A stretch of 64,000 nt of DNA, taken from the NCBI GenBank assembly GCA_964106645.2, contig OZ067042.1; one strand, written 5' to 3'. The DNA comes from Podarcis pityusensis (lineage: Eukaryota). How positions within the stretch are numbered: the first letter of the stretch is position 1; every line of letters starts with the position of its first letter. Below the pieces are notes generated by a model that saw only the letters and a program-made list of their open reading frames with translations, was not told the DNA's origin and did not search any database. Shown piece by piece: positions 48,641-60,910 of this stretch. A program made the position numbers and the translations under genes.

Positions 48641-51007
48641 AATTCATTATAAGTGAAATTGAATTTAGATTCACAGTATAAGCACAATTTAAATCAAACT
48701 CATGCCAGCTACATTATTGCCCTGGAGATGTTTGGGTTGAAAGCCAGAATACTAATTCAATTAACAACGCCAACAACAACCTTTTTACAGGCATATGTCA
48801 ATGGCTCAGCACCTCCTTTTAAGTATTTGAATCCATTACGTTTACATGGATATTTCCCCAGCTTCCAATAACATTTGCTCTCTTCCCTCATAGGATTTTC
48901 ATATGTTTCTGATGCTCTGTTTTAGAATATTTTTAGACAATGCCTTGTATTTTTTTTAAAGCACAATATATACAACAATGTACAATTTAATAACACATAA
49001 ATTAAACTAAGTCATTATTATATTGTAAATTAATCTGAAATAATCTTAATTCCTCCAGCATCATGTCTCTGTATAATAAATTTAGGATCAATGTTGTATT
49101 CTAGATTTAAAATGGTGGTTCAGTACATAAATACAAAGGCAAAATTCAGAGCTTACTAGCAACCACCTTTTTAGTTTTTCTGTAAACTGGGGAAGACATC
49201 CATATTGGAAGTTCAGTTTCCTTGCTTAGCTATGAAGCTCAATGGAAATCGCCTTGCTCTTGCCCTCTCTAATCTGCTTCATGGGGTTGGTACCAAGGAT
49301 AAATCAAATAAGAAATGTACAAAAAAAAAATTGCTGAAAAATGTTGTTGTTGCTGCTGCTATTGGCAAGCCTGGGTAGAAATTGCACTGGTCATGTTTTG
49401 CATCTGTATGTGAGCTTCTTTGAAACTTCCAGTCTGTTTCCCAGTTGCTCTGTGCACTTTCCACTTTGACCTGTGTTTCAAGTTCTAAACGACTTTGTGC
49501 AAATGAAGTTCTTTGGTTCCCCCAATTCACAGTCATGGGGAATTTAAAAGTAGCTATAAGTAGATGAAATTTACAGGTACAGAGCCATTCAAGAGTGGAT
49601 GAAGCCTGCCAAATTGCAGGCAAATAGGTGCAGGAGCTTTTTGTGAGGGAAATGAAAGGGATTCACTTGCTTCTAGAAACCAGGTGAGGTGTTTCTTGCT
49701 TTTTTAAAGGCTTAAAATGAAAAAGTGATGGAGTGGTGTGTATTGTTGCTTGTATATTTTTTATTTTAAAAAAGGCATTGTCACCCCAGCCTTTCCTTCC
49801 AGCACTTGCTTCTTTTGATAGGCCTTCCAGGCATTCAGTAGGCCTTCCTGTGAGACTCTATGCAAAATGTTGCCTGCAGAGTTCTGAAGAGCTCTTGAGT
49901 TTTGTTTAGCTGTTTGTTAAAACAGAGCAATGCAGGGTTTTCTTTTTTAAAAATGAAGCTTTTAACTTTATTTTTTAAAAAACACCCTCCTCTGCTTTGG
50001 TTTAACAAAAAGCAATCCAGAGAATACAGTATTCAACCTAGACAGGAAATGTTTTGGGTGGCCTCTCTTTTTGTAAGGCCCCTGGACCTAGAGATTCATA
50101 GGAAAACGTGGAGCCATAAGGTACCAAAACTACAGAGCAACATATGGTCCAACCTGGGAAGTGATTATGATAAACTTTGACTCATGGGGTGGCGGTAGGA
50201 TGGGGGCAGAAGACATCCAAATCAACCTTCACCACCTCATTATTTGGCCTCCACCTCTAGTCTAGAACAGGGGAGTGAACAATCATGATGGTGGACCCAA
50301 AGCCATTTGTGATGACAGCCGTGCATCCTGTCAACATGCATACAAGAGGCTTGGTGTATGGATGATATCAGTGTGGGCTCACTGGAAGCTGCTACATTCT
50401 GAAAGGAAAATTAGCTCTTAGACATCCCTTTTCCAGTGTCTTAATTTCCGCCCCATTTAGTCTGAAAATTGGGGTTTGTATTCCCATATTATTATTTTAG
50501 AGTTTACAGTTCTGATCTCATCTCTGCTCAGAAGTATACAGTGAGGCAGGCCAAGTAGAGAAAGGGCGATGGGCTTTATGACTTGACCAAGACTTTATGA
50601 CTTGCCACGTCCAAGCCCAGCAGTCTCACCGTTGCACCATCCCGGCTTGCACTGTCCCTTTTATGATGCCCCAGTGAAGGCAACCTCACTGACTGCCAAC
50701 CTAGCAATGTTCTGAAGGATCTCATGAGTTCAGTTTTCTTCTAACGCTGTATAAGGAGGTTTACTTAAGCCACGAAGGTTCCTTAAAGTTATTATTTTAA
50801 TAAATTTTTCATTGTGCCTTTGCTCCCACCGCAACTTAAAAAGTATCATACATTCCACCCTTGAAGCTCAGCTGCTGAAAGAACAGCAGGGGGAACTGTG
50901 GAAGAGGAAGGACTTGATAATGGTGAGAAGTTCTAGGAAGCAGAGTGCATCTAGTCCTGTAGAAACTGGAGACTGAGATGCAGAAACAAGTGTGTGTGTG
51001 ATGGTGT

Positions 51008-51019
51008 AGATAGATAGAT

Positions 51020-51058
<39 letters not shown>

Positions 51059-51065
51059 GATAGAC
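51008..51065. repeat. (GATA)n microsatellite
   Basis: Read directly from the sequence. Explains the IYLS-repeat ORFs. Confidence 0.95.
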
Positions 51066-51955
51066 AGCTCTGATTACTCTGCACAGAACATGGTTACCAG
51101 TGGTCTCTTTTCTGGGCAACTCAATGACAATTTGACGTTGTTTTATTTAGTTTTTTGAGTATGTTTGTCCTTCACGTCCCATTAAAGCAGATTGGCACAG
51201 CTGAGCATCTATAAACAAGTCAGGTATGGGTAATGAGATTCCTGCTATGGCTTGGCTGTTGGAGTTTCTTAAAGGGGAACAAGAGAAGCAGGGAGAGGGG
51301 TTTTGTTTTGTTTTGAGCCCAGCACAGCCACCTGAAAATGCTCTACTGCAAACATACTGACCAAGCACTTGCATTTTGACTTTGATTATCAGCGGAAGTG
51401 ATGCAGAACTTAATGCAAGGTGATAGCTCCATCCCTTTATTCTGACAAGTCCTCTTGTTAGTTTTTAATATCTGTATTCTGTTTTGCACATTAAGAGGTT
51501 TCTTTTTCCATCATTTACTTATTCATATAGCATCATCAGTGTGCATGGTGCTTTGCATAGTACACAGCATCAGGTCCCTGCCCTCAAAGATTTTGCAATC
51601 TAAAATTCAACATGCACGAAAAAATAGAGGAAAGGGAGGCAGAGGGAAGTAGGGAAGTAATATATGGATGTTTCTCTGTTGTACTGGCTGAGACAGAATT
51701 ACAGACGAAGTTAAAGTAGGGCAGAGGAATAAAACTTTTATAACAAACCTTTGATCTTATTATTATCCACTCAGATTTTGGCTTGTTCCTCAAACATTAC
51801 CCAAGCTGCTTCTTTTGAACCCAGTTTCTTTCTTCTTTGTTTGCCTGTAGTAAATATTTCAAGGAGATATTGATCCCTTCGTATGTCCTTAACTTGCTTA
51901 ACGCACTCCATTGTGGCCTGTAGTTTGCTCTGCATAACCACAGTAACCTAACAGA

Positions 51956-52037
51956 GCAATCCTATGCATGTCTACCCAAAAGTTAGACCAATAGAGCTCA
52001 ATGGGACATACTCTCAGGTAAGGCAATACAGGATTGC
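51956..52037. mobile_element. ~80 bp palindromic interspersed element
   Basis: GCAATCCT...AGGATTGC termini; related copies near 25130-25205 and 54129-54328. Confidence 0.65.
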
Positions 52038-52061
52038 AGCCCAAATCTGGCAATGCTAAAC

Positions 52062-52197
52062 CAGGCATCCCCAACCTGCGGCCCTCCAGATGTTTTGGCC
52101 TACAACTCCCATGATCCCTAGCTAACAGGACGAGTGGTCAGAGATGATGGGAATTGTAGTCCAAAACATCTGGAGGGCTGAAGGTTGGGGATGCCTG
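52062..52197. mobile_element. Intact 136 bp hAT MITE
   Basis: TIR CAGGCATCCCCAACCT...AGGTTGGGGATGCCTG and a perfect 8 bp TSD TGCTAAAC (52054-52061 / 52198-52205). Confidence 0.93.
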
Positions 52198-54187
52198 TGC
52201 TAAACCCTCTCTCCTTCATTTTAATCTGGAATAAACCTGAATTTGCTCCTACCATTGGATCAAAAGTCTTGGGAAACTTTTTGCCATTTCCCCCCCTGTG
52301 TTGATCATTAACTTCACTGTAAGATTTTGAAAGAGTTTTAAAAGATTTAGACAAGAGTCTTCCAGAACGAGATGCATTCAAATACTTCAGTATCCTGGAT
52401 ATCTCCTTGAGCCCTTGGCTCTGAGCTTAAAGTTACTGTTCCTAATTAATTCTGCTTATGAATGAGCAGAGCAGAATATCTAAATGTCTGAATAGCCTCA
52501 TACTCCACTGAGAATCAAACCTGTCTCTGTATAATGAGTATTTCTTGCACATACAGATGAAAACCAATAAATCTGGGTTTGGGTCCTGTTGATTTTATAT
52601 CCTGATACTATTTATAATTTCTGAAGAATAGACTTAACTGGGATGGGAGTGAGCAAAAACAACATAACGGCTCATCAAATTGGGTTTGGTTGTTAAGTTT
52701 TTTTTAACTGAACATGTAGCATTGATTCTAATGAGGCTGAGCTTCCAAATCTTAAATGTATTTTGAAACTCTTTAATAACACTTTTAAAAATTCAGACAT
52801 ATTTACTATCTGTCATACTGTGATTTTATGTTGTGAACTGTCCTGAGATCTACAGGTTTAGGGCGGTATACAATTTTAAATTTTTTAAAAAATATATATG
52901 TACCATCCAGACACGCCCCCAAGAGCTGGAATTGGCTTCCAGTTCCTTCCATGTTTCCACATGGTGGCAAACAGTGTTTCCTGTCATCTAACGTGAAAGG
53001 TGTCACTTTAATAAGAAGCTCTAGACCATGGCTGGGAACACGTAAGCTTAATCAGACTAAAACTGTGGGGTTTTAATGAGAGCTGTCTTTTCGGAGACGT
53101 TCTGTGCTGATGGCATTTTTGTAAATAATCTGTGCGCTTGACATATCTTGAGTTAGGAAGTGCGTTAGAGCCAAGCTACACATGACCTTAAATGCATCTT
53201 TGCTTTTAACAGCGCCGCTTTTAATAAATGCAAATAGCATTAGCCAAAGAGGGGCGGGGGATAATTATCACAGCATGGGATGTGATTAAACCCTTTCCTC
53301 CCCTGCTTTGGTCTTGAGTAAGATCCATCTTCTGAAGCTGGAATTTGTACTGGGAATAAATCCCCCCCTTCCTGATCCATGCCTGCTGTGGTTCCAAAAG
53401 TTATCAGCCCTCTCATCACAGCAGATGCTCTTTGCATTTTTCAAAAACCTGAAAGTTGTATGCAAAGACATATTAATAACCCATGTAGATTGGCCCTATG
53501 TGCTTAAAGAGGGACAACAGATAGAATTTCCTCAGCAAAGAATGCCATCTGCTTCTAGCCATGTACCTCCTATCTTTTATTATTTTGACCAGGGAAGACT
53601 TCTGTTTATAACTGTGTAAAATTACCCAACTATCACCTTTATTGAAATATTATGATCATGTTAATTTTAATTACAGGCAAGCAATTAATTATAGTTAATG
53701 GGCTAAAACAAGCTGTACTTTCTGAGAACCCTATTCTATCCATTTGTGTAATCCACAGAAATGCCTGATCCTGCCTGGAATCCCAATGCATTCCTAAAGG
53801 GCACTGCCTCCATGCCACTAGCTGGCAGATTTGGGCTGCATGAAGTCAGGTTCTGTTCAGTTCTCCTTCTTGTTTTCAGTACGTTGGAGGCAGACACAGA
53901 TCCTGCGCTGAAATTTGAGGAGGATTGTTCTAAAACTGAGCAGAGGCAAGAGAACGCCCTCTGCTTTTGAAAAACATTTTAGATCCTCATTCTGCCACAA
54001 ACTCTGTCCCTCAAGAGAAGGTGTCCAGGGCAGATAATGACCCCTTTTTCCAGTGCTTGCTTCCGCAAAAGATGGTGCCCAGCAGCAGCAGAGAATAGCA
54101 ACTGGCCTCCACCCAAGACCTCTAATGTGACTGCAATCCTGTGCATGCATTCTTGGGGAATATGCCCCATTGAACTCTGCAGGACTT

Positions 54188-54290
54188 AGAACCATAGAAT
54201 TGCAGAGTTGGAATGGGCTCCAGCTAGTCCAGCCCCCTGCGATGCAGAAATCTCAACTAAAGCATCCATGACAGAGGCCATTCAACCTCT
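54188..54290 (-). mobile_element. CR1-type 3' end fragment inserted in a palindromic element
   Basis: AGAACCATAGAATTGCAGAGTTGGAATGG...CTAGTCCAGCCCCCTGC is the reverse of the CR1 (ATTCTATG)n tail. Confidence 0.7.
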
Positions 54291-55811
54291 TCTTGCTTCT
54301 GAGTAAACATGCATAGGAGCAGGCAGTCATTTCCGGGAATATTAATATGATCACGAAATGTGGATTAGCGACCACCTTTTTTTCACTTAGTCAAAGGGCT
54401 TAAAGAGTGGCAGAAGTGGGAGTTTTCCTGGCTGTTCCAAATAGTATTGAGAAGATGGATCTGCACAAGGAAGAATGGGCTTGGTTAGCAAATCTCGAAA
54501 GGAAAACGGTCAGAGGCACAAATCTAGGAGAGCCAGACTGATTGTAGAAATGTATGCTGAAGAATCTTTTAAAAAATACTTTTAACAGTACACTGTTCCT
54601 TCACAGCCACGGATGTGTGAATGAACCCTTTCAAAACGGACACAGACTCTTTCGCCTGTCCCTCTTTAGGAAGGGGGCCAGAAATAGTTTGTCAGTGGAA
54701 TGATATCAGGGTGGCATCGTTACCCCAATGCACAGACCTCTGGATGCTGCAGCAGGCTATAGACCCGCCATTTCTTGCAAGTATCTCTGCACATTCATCT
54801 GTGGAGCAGACGGGTTGGGGGTTCCAGAAATTACCTTGAATTTCTATCAAAAAGAAACTTGGGAAGCATTACTTTACTGTCCCCTGCTTGTTTGCTTGGC
54901 CTCACATGTCTCTGTGTAGCCTCTGAGGGTCCTGTGTTGCACAGAGTCACATGCACGACTTTCTAGGGCTGCCCTCAGCCACCTGATTATATTTGGGCAT
55001 CAATAGATTTGAAGTATACGCATGATTGAGCAGCCTCCTCGCCTGATGCGAAGCAGCGGCAAGGAGACGCTGAGAGCTGGGAGGTCAGTGGAAATTACTT
55101 TCACTACCTCCACACTGTCGGCAGCTGTGGCAAATTTGCAAATAAATGGTTGGTTTTTCTTTACCCCCAGCGGAAGACTTGGAGGATTTCGGGTGGGGCC
55201 CCCCGGGGGCTCGAATGTCTCTTTGCAGCAAGACCTATCATTCTGTTTCCACCAGAGCTTCTCTTTTAACTGGATTAGGCGAATGAGCTGCTATTTGGAT
55301 AATCGCTTTGCTTCCCTTTAGATTAAATTTTTTAAAATTACATCGTGCAGGGGAATTAAAACAAAAACAAAAACCCTAACCTTAGGTACGTTTGCAAAGC
55401 AGTAATCCCAGCAGCCTTATGACTGGCGGGACCCAGCATTTCCTTTGCTCCACAAACTGCTCTCACTCCTTCCCCTCTCCCCCCCCCCCCACCTCCAACC
55501 AGCCTCGCATGTCAATTTGCCGCTGCCTCTGACACCGCTGAGAAGTTGCCGGGAGAGAGTGCTGCTAATTCCCTATTCAAGCCAACTTGCTCGCTCTTAA
55601 TTTTCTCCAATGAAATGTCAATGAATTTTAAATGCTGTGAGTTCTGGTGACGGCAGACAGAGTTCCCCTGAGAGGGGAGCGAGCTCTTGCTCACAACAAG
55701 CCTGCTGCAGCAGTAAAAGCAAAGGAAACTGCCAGTCCAACCCAAGGGGGGCTGCAAACCCCAGCACTGACTGCCGGTTGAGGGCACTTGAGCATGCAGA
55801 ATGGAGGCCTT

Positions 55812-55828
55812 CCAGCAGAGGGCAGCAC
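55812..55828 (+). promoter_or_regulatory. Candidate CTCF site
   Basis: CCAGCAGAGGGCAGCAC matches the core consensus; TGCAG (upstream-motif-like) starts 17 bp before it at 55795. Confidence 0.6.
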
Positions 55829-56219
55829 AGACAAGGGCTGGTTCGAAGCCAGTCTGAAAGTGTAAGTGTCCCTCTTCCATGCCTTTGGAAAGAGAGCAGA
55901 TTGTGCTGTTGACAACTCCAGAACAGCTTGCCTATACTGTAGAGGCCAGTGGCAGTGAGAGAAGTCCCTGTGGGTCACTTCAGATGCTCTGCATGGCCTA
56001 TATAGAAATCTTTGTAGTGGATGGGATCTTTAAAAAGGCACATGTAGGCAATCTGTCTCACTGTATGCATATACTTGGTACATACAGTGAAATGGACAAG
56101 TTATAATGATTACAGTATATTGCAAATGACTACATGAAAGCAGCTTACACAGGAAAGGCAGCTTTAAAAGTGTGCCTGGGATTGGAGGAGCTGCTGTGAT
56201 GTCAGGGAAGGGCATCAGA

Positions 56220-56768
56220 ACTTGTAGGTTAGATTACTGCAACGTGTTATACGTGGGGCTGCCTCTGAAGACGGTTTGGAAACTCCAGCGGGTGCAGAAT
56301 TCAGCAGCCAGGCTGCTCACTGGGACAAGACTGTTTGAGCATATTACACCGATCCTGGCCTGACTGCACTAGCTGCCAATGAGTTTGCAGGCCCAATTCA
56401 AAGTGCTGGTTTTGACCTATAAAGCCTTAAATGGCTCAGGACTGGAATACCTCAAGGACCACCTTTCCCCGTATGAATCGGCCCAAACCCTGTGATCATC
56501 ATCTGAAGCTCTTCCTTTGCAAGAGGTCTGGAGGGTGGCAAGACAAGAACGGGCCTTTTCTGCAATGGGTTCCAGCTTGTGGAATGCTCTCTCCAAGGAA
56601 GCTCACCTGGTGTCTTCATTACATATCTTCAGGCTCCAGGCAAAAATATTCTTCTTCAACCAGGCATTTGGCTGATTAACATTCTACAGCCTTTTTTGGG
56701 GGGGGGGGGCGTTATTGGTTTGTTTGATCTTCAGATGAAGGGCAGTATACAAATTTAATAAATTAATG
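56220..56768 (+). mobile_element. L2-clade LINE 3' fragment
   Basis: [33 protein letters not shown]...HITPIL*LH*LP...FKVLVLTYKALNGSG with stops; ends GGGCAGTATACAAATTTAATAAAT. Confidence 0.9.
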
Positions 56769-58104
56769 AAACTAGAAGGAAGCCTGTTCCAACGAGTGGA
56801 AGCAGGGAGGGGAACTGGGTCTGATGTCTGCTTTTCATAGTTACCTAAGGCAAGGCAGAACCGTGTTGGCATGGAGCCATCTTTCTGTGACATAGCAGTG
56901 GTTCTACACACAGTGGCTGCTTCAAACTGCCTGCGTGATAAAGGTAACATGTAGCCTAGCAACTGCCTAGCCCTCAGTTTTGCTCCTCGGAAATCTTCTT
57001 TTTGCTATTTGCTGTCTAAATAATGACTGCTCCCCCTCCTCACACTTCTGTCCAAAGGCCCACCCCCCCAGCTTTTGACAAATGCATCATCTGACTTGTC
57101 TGCTGTCAGAAGAACCTGCATTTTGCAGAACACGATAGTGGTGCCTGTACATGGAAATTCTGCTAATGGCAAACGAGTCAGGAATACTTCTGATGTTCCT
57201 GAATGGAACAAAAATGCTTAACATGCTCCTTGGTTGTTTCTGATGCTCATGTGTGAACGAACACCTGTGCTCTGCCGTGTGTCTCCACAAGGACTCCTGT
57301 GTTAGAAATCACTAAGGGAACCAATGGGAACTTGGTGGACAGGTGGGGTGGGTATTTGCTGGTGTGCGGGTGTCATAGATGGGAAGGGAAAGATAAACCT
57401 CCCCTCTGCGTGTGCTAAAATTCTGATAACAATCCCACCCACCATGCGCTGCTATTAATTTAGGAAAAAAGGAGAGGTGTAGCTGCATCAAGTGTAATGT
57501 GGCTTGATGTTTTAAAGGTCCCCTTCAGACCTTCTTTTGATTTCATGTTCATGATGATATGTGCTCAGGGTGGTCACGTGTGATACTGCTTTCAGTACCA
57601 TTTGCCCCTGCAAGGGTTTGGGGATGATCACGCTGCTTATTTCCCTGTAACTTCCTACTGAAATCCCACAACTTTTCATGCCACAAATGGGGTTTTTTTG
57701 GTCCTGCTTTTGTTTCACTGGAAGAATTGGGGAGCCATCGCAAAACAAACGAAAGTGGAATAAATCTTCCACCAACGCCCTGTTATTGCCCAGTGCACCT
57801 GCAATAAAACACTAGTTTGGAGGGTCCCAAGACCAGTGGGAAACTGACTACATCTACATGGCCTATGACCCAAGGGGATTCAACCACCAGAACGATGCCT
57901 CTATTTTGTTTCCACCCTTAGGCAACTGCCCATTTCAAAATGGTAGAAAACCTGGAAATGAATAATTTAATGGTGGAGGTGGTGTTGGGGGGGGGGCCTG
58001 AGAAAGTCGCTTGCTTGGAAAAGGGAGTTGCCAGGTAAGTTGTTCCTTCGCAGCTTGGGGAGACCAGCAGGAAGACGAGGAAATTCCTGTGAGAAAAAGG
58101 CAAA

Positions 58105-58350
58105 GAAGATTAGCCAGATCTATGGAGCAAAAGGCTATTGATGGCTCATGGACATGATGGCTATGTTCTGCCTCCATGGTCACAGGGAGGAATCCTTCTG
58201 CATACACCTGGTTGCTGGGCGCTGCAGGTGGGCAGAGTGCTGTGACACTTAATGTCTCAATTGCAGGCTTCTCACAGGCATGTGAGAACAGGATGCCAGA
58301 CTAGCTGTGCCATTGGCCTGATCCAGCAGGATCTTCTTAATACCTTTATG
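58105..58350 (+). mobile_element. CR1 3' fragment
   Basis: GGCTATTGATGGCT...GATGGCTATGTTCTGCCTCCATGG...CCATTGGCCTGATCCAGCAGG; reverse complement of 5294-5563. Confidence 0.7.
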
Positions 58351-60343
58351 TTGAAAATCTTCTTTCTGCCTCCTGCATACCTGATTGATAGCTCCTTTTT
58401 CACCTGGAAGCCCCAGAATCCCCCTGGCACCCCCAGTCTTCCCTGCTCCCTGACTCACTAAATAATGTGATTAATTCCAACTAAATGAAGTGCTAATGGC
58501 CTCACACTTCCACAGTTATTTAATTAGCTGCCAATAAAAGCAAACCTCGGTTGCCCTGGGGATTCTGGCAGCTTGTAATTAATACAGAAAGGGGTGGTGG
58601 TGGTGGGATATAAACAGGTGCTCCTAGCAAAGGGTTAATGTGTGATGACACAATTTCCTGCTGCCCCGCTTCCTTGGGATTGGTTCACAAGAACCTGAAG
58701 CCTAGCTGGATGCTAAGGAGGGGAGGGGCAGGGGAAACCCAGAAGCAGAGAATTAAATCTTCTGCAGGCTAGTCAGCAGGTATCAGCACATGCAGAGCAA
58801 GTGGCTCACAGACAGCAGAGGAAACCAAGAGGGAGACTAGGTAGTGCAGGCATCTTGCTAACACACACTTCAGTAGCAGCCTCTGCCTTTACTGACTTAG
58901 TAGCAGCCGCTGCAACTGACTTTCAGGCTCCCTAGCAGGCTCATGCTTCTGCTCCATCAACAGATGAAGGCTTCCTTGTGCTGGAACGTAGGGGGCTCAG
59001 TTGTCATTATCAGAGGCACCTGTTTGTACATCAGGACTGCCCCTCTACAGAAGCCACAAGGGAATGCAGCTCCAGCACGCCAAAGGTGGAGTGGAGTTGC
59101 CTATAGTCCTCTGCTGCAGAATAGCATGCTAGGGTCATGTAGCAGACTCCACTCTTGATACCTGATGGAGCCAAACATCCCCCTCTTTTTTTGTGTCTCC
59201 CTCTGCCTTTCCCAGCCATCACAGATGTGTTCAGAGACAAGGAATTCCATTACCAAATGGGAGGACAGCATTGTGGTGCCTGCATTAGCTTGCAAGCAAT
59301 AGAGGAATGAATGTGGCCACTTTGCCTGTTCAGCTGGGGAGGATGTGCCCTAGCAAGAGACGGTGCCAGTGATTAGCTTGTTTGCTTGTTTCCAGAAGCA
59401 AACAGGGTTGGATGGTTTACTTCCAGGGAGTCTAGCTTTGTCCATCATGACATAAAGATCATATCAGTTACTCTGGATTTTTCCTGCGTCTCTGGTTTTC
59501 CTGTTTTAATTCCCAAGCCTTCCAGCAGCTCGGTTCTTACTCCCCAAACCTGTACATTATGTTACCTTGTTGCTGGGATTGCAAACATGTAGGGTTATCC
59601 AGCTGTCGGCATGAACCTGCGCCATGACCCCAATCTGAACTAATAGGTCCATGACTTGTTCTTTGAAGAAGAAAATGATGTTGAGAATTCCAGTCACGAA
59701 ACAGCAATTAAGTGTGTCATTTGACCCTTAGACAGTAGAGTTTTGCTCACTAACTGCCTAGGACAAGTGATCTGTAACACATTCTGCTTCCTGATATAAG
59801 TTCACTTGGAAAGGCTTGCTTTAAATTTGGTTGCATTTACATGGGCAACGTACTGCTGTGCTGTTATAGAAAAGACAAATTGAGTTCTAAGCTAGGTGGT
59901 GTTTTAAATTCAACCCTTTCTCCTTCACGAGACAAACACTATTTGGCGAAAGCAGCTTCTTCCCCAAGCTGTCTCTCGCTTTCCCAGCTTAGAATATCTG
60001 AAGGCATTAATGCGCTTCCTCCTCTGGTGAAATCCCTGACTCAGTTTCCTCCTCATTCATTCTAGAATAATTTCAGTGGTGAATTCATAACTGGTATTTG
60101 TCTTTACTGCCCTCTGCCTGGCTCAGAGGGAACATTCCCAGAGATTCACAAGCTTTAGCTGAACCTGTAACTTTTATGCTTCACTTAAAAATTCTATTTT
60201 TTTATTTTAAAAAAATCTTCTCAGAGAGATTGTGAGCTTCAGATGAGTCTTATTTGACTCTGAGGGTGAGAAAGGTGTGAGATGGATAGAATAGTTGGGC
60301 TATGTGCCCAATGCTACTGTAGTCTGTTTCTTTGTCTTATTAT

Positions 60344-60493
60344 AATCATAGAATCATAGAACTGTAGAGTTGGAAGGGATCCTGAGGACCATCTAGTCCA
60401 CCCCTTGCAATGCAAGAATATGCAGCTGTCCCATATGGGGATCAAACCTGCAACCTTGACATTATCAGTACCATGCTCTATCCAATGGAGCCA
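60344..60493 (-). mobile_element. Short tRNA-headed SINE with CR1-type tail
   Basis: Reverse strand: GCTCCATTGGATAGAGCATGGTACTGATAATGTCAAGGTTGCAGGTTTGATCCCC...CCCTTCCAACTCTACAGTTCTATGATTCTATGATT. Confidence 0.8.
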
Positions 60494-60619
60494 TTGAATC
60501 CATCAGATTCAATAGTTTTATTATTGTTAGAACCTAATTATTGTTATTGGTGCATTTTAGTGGCTGGAAACCGTTTTATAAGTCAGTATTTCTGGAAAGC
60601 GGCATGTAAGTCTTTTAAA

Positions 60620-60910
60620 AAGGTAAAGGGACCCCTGAGCAGTCATGGCCCGACTCTGGGGTTGTGGCGCTCATCTCACTTTACTGGCTGAGGGAGCCGG
60701 CGTACAGCTTCCGGGTAATGTGGCCAGCATGACTAAGCTGCTTCTGGCAAACCAGAGCAGCGCACGGAAACGCCGTTTACCACTTTGACGTGCTTTTGAA
60801 CTGCTAGGTGGGCAGGAGCAGGGACCGAGCAACGGGAGCTCACACCGTCGTGGGGATTCGAACCGCCCACCTTCTGACCTGAGTTTAACCCACAGCACCA
60901 CTCGCATCCC
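60620..60910 (-). mobile_element. Sauria SINE with internal deletions
   Basis: Reverse complement of 30857-31200; flanking repeat AAGTCTTTTAAA at 60608-60619 and 60914-60925. Confidence 0.92.

Noticed and set aside
56172-56679. Protein-like ORFs
   Set aside because: Decayed L2 ORF2 with stop codons; not a host gene.
60420-60493. tRNA-like sequence on the minus strand
   Set aside because: It is a SINE head fused to a CR1-type tail, and the A/B boxes are degenerate.
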